Notes under the pieces: model-generated
Seen by the model: the letters and a program-made list of their open reading frames with translations, nothing else
Database searches by the model: none
Told to the model about the DNA's origin: nothing
Shown here: one piece after another, positions 27,700-33,097 of the stretch
How positions within the stretch are numbered: the first letter of the stretch is position 1
Layout of the letters: every line of letters begins with the position of its first letter
Source: a virus
Lineage: Duplodnaviria > Caudoviricetes
Strand: one strand, 5' to 3'
IMG/VR virus record: IMGVR_UViG_3300032218_002996
Location: 1 to 33,097 of that record
DNA length: 33,097 bases
Made by a program: the position numbers and the translations under genes

Positions 27700-29256
27700 T
27701 TAAAATGGTTCTGTTTCATCAAAAATGTTATTTATTTGATTTTCAACATGTTGATTATTTTCGTTTTTAAATAAAAATGGCGTACCGTTCTTTTTTATTG
27801 GATTTTCAACTCCAAAATCAACATATCTTTTCATTTTTTGTGGAATAAGTTTCATTTCTTCTTTTAATACCTTAAAAAGATAGTTAATTGATACTTGATT
27901 ATTGTGTGAAAACCATTTTTCTTTAATGTCTTTTGCAGTTGCTTCAAATTCATTAAAACCGCCATTATTAAATAAATCGTTAATGTAAATTTCAAGTTCT
28001 TTATGAACACTTGAATGTGATTCTTTTTTAATAACTTCTAAATGTGATGTTTGAATTTCATCCTGAGTAAAAACCATACGAGATTTTGAAAAGTCAATTT
28101 CTGGTATTTGTTCTAAATATTTTAAAAATTTAGGAATTTCATTAAATAAATCATTTTCAATATTAGTATTTTTTTTACCAGTAATTGGTTTAATTTTACG
28201 GACCCAAAATCGTATTTCTTCTTCGTCAATACGCATAAAATCTTTTTCTTTATTAGTACAAACAATTACCTTACCAAAAAATGGCACAGAATAGTGTTGC
28301 ACAAATTTTTGAGATACAGACATAGTTTTAGCAGTTGCTATTGATTTTAATTTTTCAACGGTATGTGCCTTATCAATAACCGTTTCATCAATCATTATAA
28401 TATTTTTTGTAGCATAAGCATCGTTAAAATTACTCATTAAATCAGATGGATTAATAAGTGTTGAATTTTCACCAAAAAGCATTTGAATATAATTAAGAAA
28501 AGTAGTTTTACCAGTTTCTCGTTCAGTAGAAACTAAAGCTAATACTGGTAATATTTGACATGGATTTTCATAAAGTATTTTCATATATTTTAATCCAAGT
28601 TCAAATTGTTCACCAAATATATGATTCATTAAACCAGTTGTAATTGGTATATCATTAAAATGAACATTATCATTATATGATGTATGTGGAAATTTAGAAT
28701 AAAGATTATAACAATTATTTTTAGAAGGTATAAAAGTTTTATTATTAGGTAAAATAGTAAAGTCATCAAACTTGTAAATCTTAGAAAGTAATGTTTTTGT
28801 ATGATCTTCTTTTATTTCATCTTTTTTCCAACTTTTAAGAATTATATTAGTTCCTGAGTATCTATCTTCTTTTTTAATAACTTTAAAATAATCGGTACCA
28901 ACACGAATATAAGGTATTTCATTATTCATTAAATTAAAAGAAACATGGCTCATAGCTTGAAAAAAATCACCTTTAAATTTTACGGTAGTTAATAAAATAA
29001 ATTTACTAAATGATTGACCTGTAGCTAAGTCAAAAGGATTAGACTTTTTAACATCTATTTTACCATTTTTATTTAGTATAAAATTAGGATTCTTAGATAA
29101 ATCAGAAATATCACTTACTGGATAAGTAGCTTCATTATCAGAAAATGAAATACATTTTTTATCACCTTCAAAAATTTGTGTAAAAGTTCCAAATTCATTA
29201 AACCAGTCAATAGGATTATAAATAGGATTTAATTCGGGTTTTTTAAATTTGCTCAT
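27700..29256 (-). CDS. SF3-type replicative helicase (DUF5906-like primase-associated helicase)
   Basis: ERETGKTTF Walker A, MIDET Walker B, VCTN and EIRFWV motifs. Confidence 0.85.
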   Translation of the reverse strand: MSKFKKPELNPIYNPIDWFNEFGTFTQIFEGDKKCISFSDNEATYPVSDISDLSKNPNFILNKNGKIDVKKSNPFDLATGQSFSKFILLTTVKFKGDFFQAMSHVSFNLMNNEIPYIRVGTDYFKVIKKEDRYSGTNIILKSWKKDEIKEDHTKTLLSKIYKFDDFTILPNNKTFIPSKNNCYNLYSKFPHTSYNDNVHFNDIPITTGLMNHIFGEQFELGLKYMKILYENPCQILPVLALVSTERETGKTTFLNYIQMLFGENSTLINPSDLMSNFNDAYATKNIIMIDETVIDKAHTVEKLKSIATAKTMSVSQKFVQHYSVPFFGKVIVCTNKEKDFMRIDEEEIRFWVRKIKPITGKKNTNIENDLFNEIPKFLKYLEQIPEIDFSKSRMVFTQDEIQTSHLEVIKKESHSSVHKELEIYINDLFNNGGFNEFEATAKDIKEKWFSHNNQVSINYLFKVLKEEMKLIPQKMKRYVDFGVENPIKKNGTPFLFKNENNQHVENQINNIFDETEPF

Positions 29257-29259
29257 AAA

Positions 29260-30141
29260 TTAGTTTTTTAAATAAGTTGGGTTATTAATTCCTTTGTCAA
29301 TCATTGTTTTTGCTGTTTTTTTATATACTGAAGCCTTTTGTGTTAAATAATGATGTGAATCTATCATATTATTAATCATTTGAATAGAGTAATTATAATC
29401 AATATAATTAGCACCAATATAGCCACCAAGTAAATATGCAGTTGCTCTAAGTATTATATGACCTGAATCAGTAATTGTGTTTATACGTTTTAAAATAATA
29501 GATTCAATAACATTAGATTTATCAGTAATAATATACTGTTTTAATGAAGGTTTTTCAATAGGAATAAACTTACGATTAAATATAGTACTATCGTTTCGCA
29601 TTAGTAAATTAGGGTCATAAGATATAAATAAAGGTAATACACAGTTTTTTGGAGCTGGGTCAAAACCTTTATAAATCTTTAATTCATTTTCTAAAGCACC
29701 AAAATACTGTTTAAATTCATCAATATTTAAGCAAATAGGAATATTAACAACAGCACGAACACCACGCTTTGAAGCACTAAGCCATGAAGCAATAATATAA
29801 GGATAAGTATTAAATAGATATTGTTTAAATTCTTCAGCATATTGTACTGATTCCATTTTGTCAAAGTCTAATATAGCAATACCTGTAAAGTGTTTAATAT
29901 TATCGTACTTTCTTTTACCTTCAATATAAACGCATGGATTAAATGAAAATAGCTTAGTCTTAAGTTCTTGTTTTCTTTTAGCATCCTTATTTTCATCGGC
30001 TATCATAATTTGCTCAAAAATATGTTTTATATCCTGTTTAGGATTTTTAATAGCATTTAGCATATATTCCAATGAAACATATCCTAATGGAGTATGATGT
30101 GTAATATCAGCATCATAGTAAGGAAATATAATTTGTTTCAT
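29260..30141 (-). CDS. BT4734/VirE N-terminal primase-like protein
   Basis: LKTKL, FTGIAILDFD, WLSASKRGVR and FISYDP motifs; upstream of the helicase. Confidence 0.8.
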   Translation of the reverse strand: MKQIIFPYYDADITHHTPLGYVSLEYMLNAIKNPKQDIKHIFEQIMIADENKDAKRKQELKTKLFSFNPCVYIEGKRKYDNIKHFTGIAILDFDKMESVQYAEEFKQYLFNTYPYIIASWLSASKRGVRAVVNIPICLNIDEFKQYFGALENELKIYKGFDPAPKNCVLPLFISYDPNLLMRNDSTIFNRKFIPIEKPSLKQYIITDKSNVIESIILKRINTITDSGHIILRATAYLLGGYIGANYIDYNYSIQMINNMIDSHHYLTQKASVYKKTAKTMIDKGINNPTYLKN

Positions 30142-30416
30142 ATTTTAGATTTTAATTGTGAATAAAAATCATTAATTGCAGTCATTGCCTCATTAGAACC
30201 TCCACTATCAGGATGGTATTTTTTACATAATGAAATATAAATTTGCCTTAAATCATTTTTATTATTAATATCAACCGATATACTATTTAAGTGTTTAATA
30301 ATATAACTTTTTAAATAAAAATCTAAATTAGTTGAATTTTCAATTAACCAGTTTAAATAATTTGCATCAATATTTTCTATATTGACATTTTTAAATTTAC
30401 CGAATGGCATCTTCAT
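30138..30416 (-). CDS. DUF3820-like domain fused to a minimal J-domain
   Basis: MPFGKFK...YLNWL followed by KKYHPDSGGSNEAM..IN. Confidence 0.8.
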   Translation of the reverse strand: MKMPFGKFKNVNIENIDANYLNWLIENSTNLDFYLKSYIIKHLNSISVDINNKNDLRQIYISLCKKYHPDSGGSNEAMTAINDFYSQLKSKI

Positions 30417-30493
30417 ATAAAAAAATAACCCCCAATATTCATAGCCCTACCACAGGCATTTGAATAAAGGAGGTATATTTTAAATATTTTCAT
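30413..30493 (-). CDS. Putative leader peptide (26 aa)
   Basis: MKIFKIYLLYSNACGRAMNIGGYFFI. Runs through the terminator hairpin; its TGA overlaps ATG 30416. Confidence 0.45.
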   Translation of the reverse strand: MKIFKIYLLYSNACGRAMNIGGYFFI

Positions 30494-30526
30494 AGGTGGT
30501 AGAATTTTAGTACGGATACAAAAATA
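30419..30526 (-). promoter_or_regulatory. Promoter plus attenuator-like leader of the replication operon
   Basis: TATTTTTG at 30519-30526. Hairpin ACCTCC..TATTCA..GCC / GGC..TGAATA..GGGGGT followed by T7. Loop GTGGTAG is complementary to upstream CTACCAC. Confidence 0.65.
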
Positions 30527-30562
30527 ATAATTTAATTACATATAAACAAACATTTTTTTAAC

Positions 30563-30570
30563 TATATTTG
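30563..30570 (+). promoter_or_regulatory. -7 promoter box
   Basis: TATATTTG upstream of TTG 30585, divergent from the replication promoter. Confidence 0.6.
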
Positions 30571-30584
30571 TTAAAAATTTTATT

Positions 30585-31574
30585 TTGGCAAGTAATAAAA
30601 CAATTAAACAGGATATTGTTCGAGATTATTTAAAAAAGTTTCCAGAGGCAAGTTATGCATCATTAGCTCGCAAAATTTATAAAGAAAATGAAACATCTTT
30701 TATAAATACTGAAACTATTAGAAGTATGATTAGATATATAGTTGGTAGTTCAGGCGCAAATAATAAATCTGTTAAAGATAAATCAATGTTTAAACCAAAC
30801 AGACCGTCCTATTATTAATTACCACAAAGTTATGCAAATGACTATACACCCTATGAAATAAAGCAAAGCCGAATATTAATTATCAGTGATTTACATTTTC
30901 CGTATCAAAATAATAAAGCTATAACTTTAGCATTAGATTATGGTAAATTGAAAGAAGTAAACTGTATTTTGATAAACGGTGATTTGATTGATTTTGCTAA
31001 CATATCACGACATGAGAAAGATTTTAGAGCAAGAAGTATTGCTCAAGAATTTGAATCAGTAAGGGTATTTTTTAATTCATTAAGACAGCATTTTCCAAAT
31101 ACAAAAATAGTTTATAAATATGGAAATCACGATGAACGCTGGGAAAAATATTTATATGCAAAAGCACCTGAAATATTTGATGTTAGCGATTTTCAATTAG
31201 ATATATTATTAAGATTAGCAGAATTAAAAGTTGAGGTTGTAAAGGATAAGAAACCAATAAAGATAGGTAAATTAACAGTCCTGCATGGACATGAATTACT
31301 TGGTATGGGCGGAGTTAATCCTGCAAGAGCTACTTTTACAAAGACTTTTGAAGATACATTAGTTGGACACTATCATAGGACAAGTTCACATTCTGAGCCA
31401 ACAATGAACAATAGGCTAATTAATGTCCATTCTCAGGGATGTTTATGTGATATGAATCCAATGTTTGCACCAATTAATAAGTGGAACTTAGGTTTTAGTT
31501 ATATAGAGCTAAATATAAAAACGGGTGAATATTTTTTAGAAAATAAAAAGATTGTTAATGATAAAATATATTAA
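30585..31574 (+). pseudogene. HTH plus calcineurin-like metallophosphoesterase with one in-frame TAA
   Basis: The two track ORFs are in the same frame, separated by TAA 30816-30818. The 43 codons between them encode RILIISDLHFPY; GDLID, GNHD, HGH and GHYH follow. Confidence 0.75.
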
Positions 31575-31577
31575 ATT

Positions 31578-31904
31578 ATGAGCCAGTTTAAATTTAAGAT
31601 ATACGATACGCATGAAGTACAATCATTTGGAGATGAAGGATTAAGCTGTAAAGCCTTTGACTGGTGGCATAAGTTTTGGCTATTAATTGATGTAAGTGAA
31701 ATTACAATTACTTCATTTAGAGAATATATATTATTCGATGCTGAAAACAATCCCACTAAATGTACTAAGGTATTTCTTAGTGATGGGACTTTTGTATTTG
31801 CAGTTGATAAATTCGCACAATTTGAGCAAAGTTATTTAGATATTTATATCCCTTTATTTAAAGTTTCTGCTTCAGATACTCTTTTACCTTATCCCAAAAT
31901 ATAA
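31578..31904 (+). CDS. Hypothetical protein
   Basis: 108 aa ORF starting 3 nt after the phosphoesterase stop. Confidence 0.65.
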   Translation: MSQFKFKIYDTHEVQSFGDEGLSCKAFDWWHKFWLLIDVSEITITSFREYILFDAENNPTKCTKVFLSDGTFVFAVDKFAQFEQSYLDIYIPLFKVSASDTLLPYPKI

Positions 31905-32091
31905 CCTGTTCTAAGGATTCAAATTCATTTACTTTACCGTATATTAGATTATGTCTATAAAGTGTATTACGTTGTTCTTTACACTGTAAAATAGCCAGTT
32001 CTATATTTGTTTTATCGTTTGAACATTGATGGCAAATGATACGATCAATTTCCTTAATCATTGCTTCGGCTTTAATTTCGTGTTTATCCAT
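31858..32091 (-). CDS. Hypothetical protein (77 aa from ATG 32091)
   Basis: Ends FWDKVKEYLKQKL. TATATTTG (32095-32102) lies 3 nt before ATG 32091, favouring this start over 32118. Confidence 0.6.
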   Translation of the reverse strand: MDKHEIKAEAMIKEIDRIICHQCSNDKTNIELAILQCKEQRNTLYRHNLIYGKVNEFESLEQVIFWDKVKEYLKQKL

Positions 32092-32165
32092 GAGCAAATA
32101 TAATAAAATTAATTGCATTGATAATCAATAAGTTATAAAATAATTTAAAAATAATTATAAAAAAG

Positions 32166-32197
32166 TTTTTTTATATCAAATTAATGCTTATATTTGT
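32166..32197 (+). promoter_or_regulatory. Early promoter
   Basis: TATATTTG at 32189-32196; extended similarity to 394-426. Confidence 0.7.
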
Positions 32198-32230
32198 ATC
32201 ATATTAATAATAACACTAAAAATTAAGATT

Positions 32231-32407
32231 ATGAAAGCAATAGTAAACATCAGAACAAAAACAAACGGAAATTTATTATCTGAAAATTTATTTAATTCTA
32301 AAAAAGAAGCTATGAATTTTATAAATAATTATCCAAAAAAAGAATGTCAAATGATTTTTGGAAATTATAGAACAAACGGAAAAAACTTTTATTCTAAATT
32401 TAATTAA
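32231..32407 (+). CDS. Small early protein (58 aa, not in ORF track)
   Basis: MKAIVNIRTKTNGNLLSENLFNSKKEAMNFINNYPKK...FYSKFN; first ORF after the promoter. Confidence 0.7.
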   Translation: MKAIVNIRTKTNGNLLSENLFNSKKEAMNFINNYPKKECQMIFGNYRTNGKNFYSKFN

Positions 32408-32422
32408 AATCTATATAAAACA

Positions 32423-32599
32423 ATGGGACGTAAAAAACTAACTGACAAAATTAAGCAAGTGCCAATCGGTGTTAAAGAATCGGTTATTGAAGGACTTGGA
32501 AAACAAACTATTCAAAATGAGTGCGAGGATAGAGTTGAGAAACTATGGAAACAATTTGTAAACAATATTAAAAGAGATATGACAAATGATATACGATAA
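32423..32599 (+). CDS. Small putative DNA-binding protein (58 aa, RHH-like, not in ORF track)
   Basis: MGRKKLTDKIKQVPIGVKESVIEGLG...; A-rich start. Confidence 0.65.
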   Translation: MGRKKLTDKIKQVPIGVKESVIEGLGKQTIQNECEDRVEKLWKQFVNNIKRDMTNDIR

Positions 32600-32750
32600 C
32601 CCAAACCTAACCCCGCCAAATGAGAATGAGCCTAAGTATACTAATTGTGAAAATTGTACTGAAGGATTCACTTATTGGACAGATGACGATTGCAATTTAA
32701 TTAAAGAAAAATGCGAATATTGCGAAAACGGATTAATATTAATAAACTAA
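32586..32750 (+). CDS. Small DnaJ-type zinc-finger protein (54 aa, not in ORF track)
   Basis: CENCTEG and CEYCENG motifs. Confidence 0.7.
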   Translation: MIYDNPNLTPPNENEPKYTNCENCTEGFTYWTDDDCNLIKEKCEYCENGLILIN

Positions 32751-32754
32751 TAAA

Positions 32755-33012
32755 ATGACACAAAAAGAAATAATAAACGAGGGCTTCAATCACGCAGCTC
32801 AAAACGACCAAAATTTAATAGGCTGGTTATTCTTAGCAATATGCTTTCTATTCTTAACTACTTTTTTATTCATTTGCTTATGGTTTTATCGTGGCAATAA
32901 AATTAAAGGCTTAGAATATCAGTTGAATCAATGCAAAGATGTAGAGGCAGTTTACAGGGCAAATAATGAATGTTTAACAAATGCTAATCTAAAACAAAAT
33001 GAAACAAACTAA
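32755..33012 (+). CDS. Single-TM early protein
   Basis: Long hydrophobic helix followed by a coiled coil. Confidence 0.7.
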   Translation: MTQKEIINEGFNHAAQNDQNLIGWLFLAICFLFLTTFLFICLWFYRGNKIKGLEYQLNQCKDVEAVYRANNECLTNANLKQNETN

Positions 33013-33097
33013 AGAACCGCCGAAAATGATACCATACCATGTTTACTATCCGTATTTTCAGCTTGTACCGGCTAATAAGAAAGTAGAACTCAGAGAT
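32999..33097 (+). CDS. 5' part of an early gene (partial)
   Basis: MKQTKEPPKMIPYHVYYPYFQLVPANKKVELRD, open to the window end. Confidence 0.55.
   Translation, partial: MKQTKEPPKMIPYHVYYPYFQLVPANKKVELRD

Larger units (their letters stand above)
1..33097. mobile_element. Tailed dsDNA bacteriophage (siphovirus-like, Bacteroidota host), near-complete genome
   Basis: Terminase, portal, protease, capsid, tail, tape measure, lysis and replication modules are all present. No host housekeeping genes. Both ends lie in the same + strand early operon. Confidence 0.95.

Noticed and set aside
30816-30818. Alternative genetic code (stop reassignment)
   Set aside because: Only one interrupted gene; TAA, TAG and TGA all end genes normally and no suppressor tRNA was seen.
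31571-31756. 61 aa - strand ORF
   Set aside because: Antisense to the operon-coupled ORF 31578-31904.
1-33097. Prophage or lysogeny module
   Set aside because: No integrase, CI-like repressor, partition genes or host flanks were recognised; lifestyle cannot be settled from this window.

Overview
The window looks like a complete or near-complete genome of an AT-rich tailed phage (siphovirus-like) infecting a Bacteroidota host. Host evidence: TAnnTTTG -7 promoter boxes, A-rich non-Shine-Dalgarno starts, and DUF3127, BT4734/VirE-N and DUF5675-like proteins. Both window ends carry a + strand early/recombination operon. The - strand runs: J-domain, primase and SF3 helicase, an iteron origin, VRR-NUC, HAD-like protein, TerS/TerL, tail chaperone, tail genes, tape measure, ClpP-type protease/scaffold, major capsid, major tail, a ~4.5 kb glycosylation cassette, portal, adaptor, fibres and lysis. 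No integrase, repressor, tRNA, CRISPR or reverse transcriptase was seen. The best candidate for a new system is the cassette at 9687-14205: five glycosyltransferase-like genes plus a SAM methyltransferase, lying between the major tail and portal genes. Its last member, a full GT25, has no start codon of its own and is reachable only by a -1 shift at an A9 run inside a small KRGRP-tailed gene. Other highlights: two attenuator-like leaders whose terminator loop is complementary to a 5' motif, a hidden -1 frameshift tail chaperone product, apparently leaderless late promoters, and a metallophosphoesterase broken by one in-frame TAA. Family names come from motif recognition by eye, not database searches.
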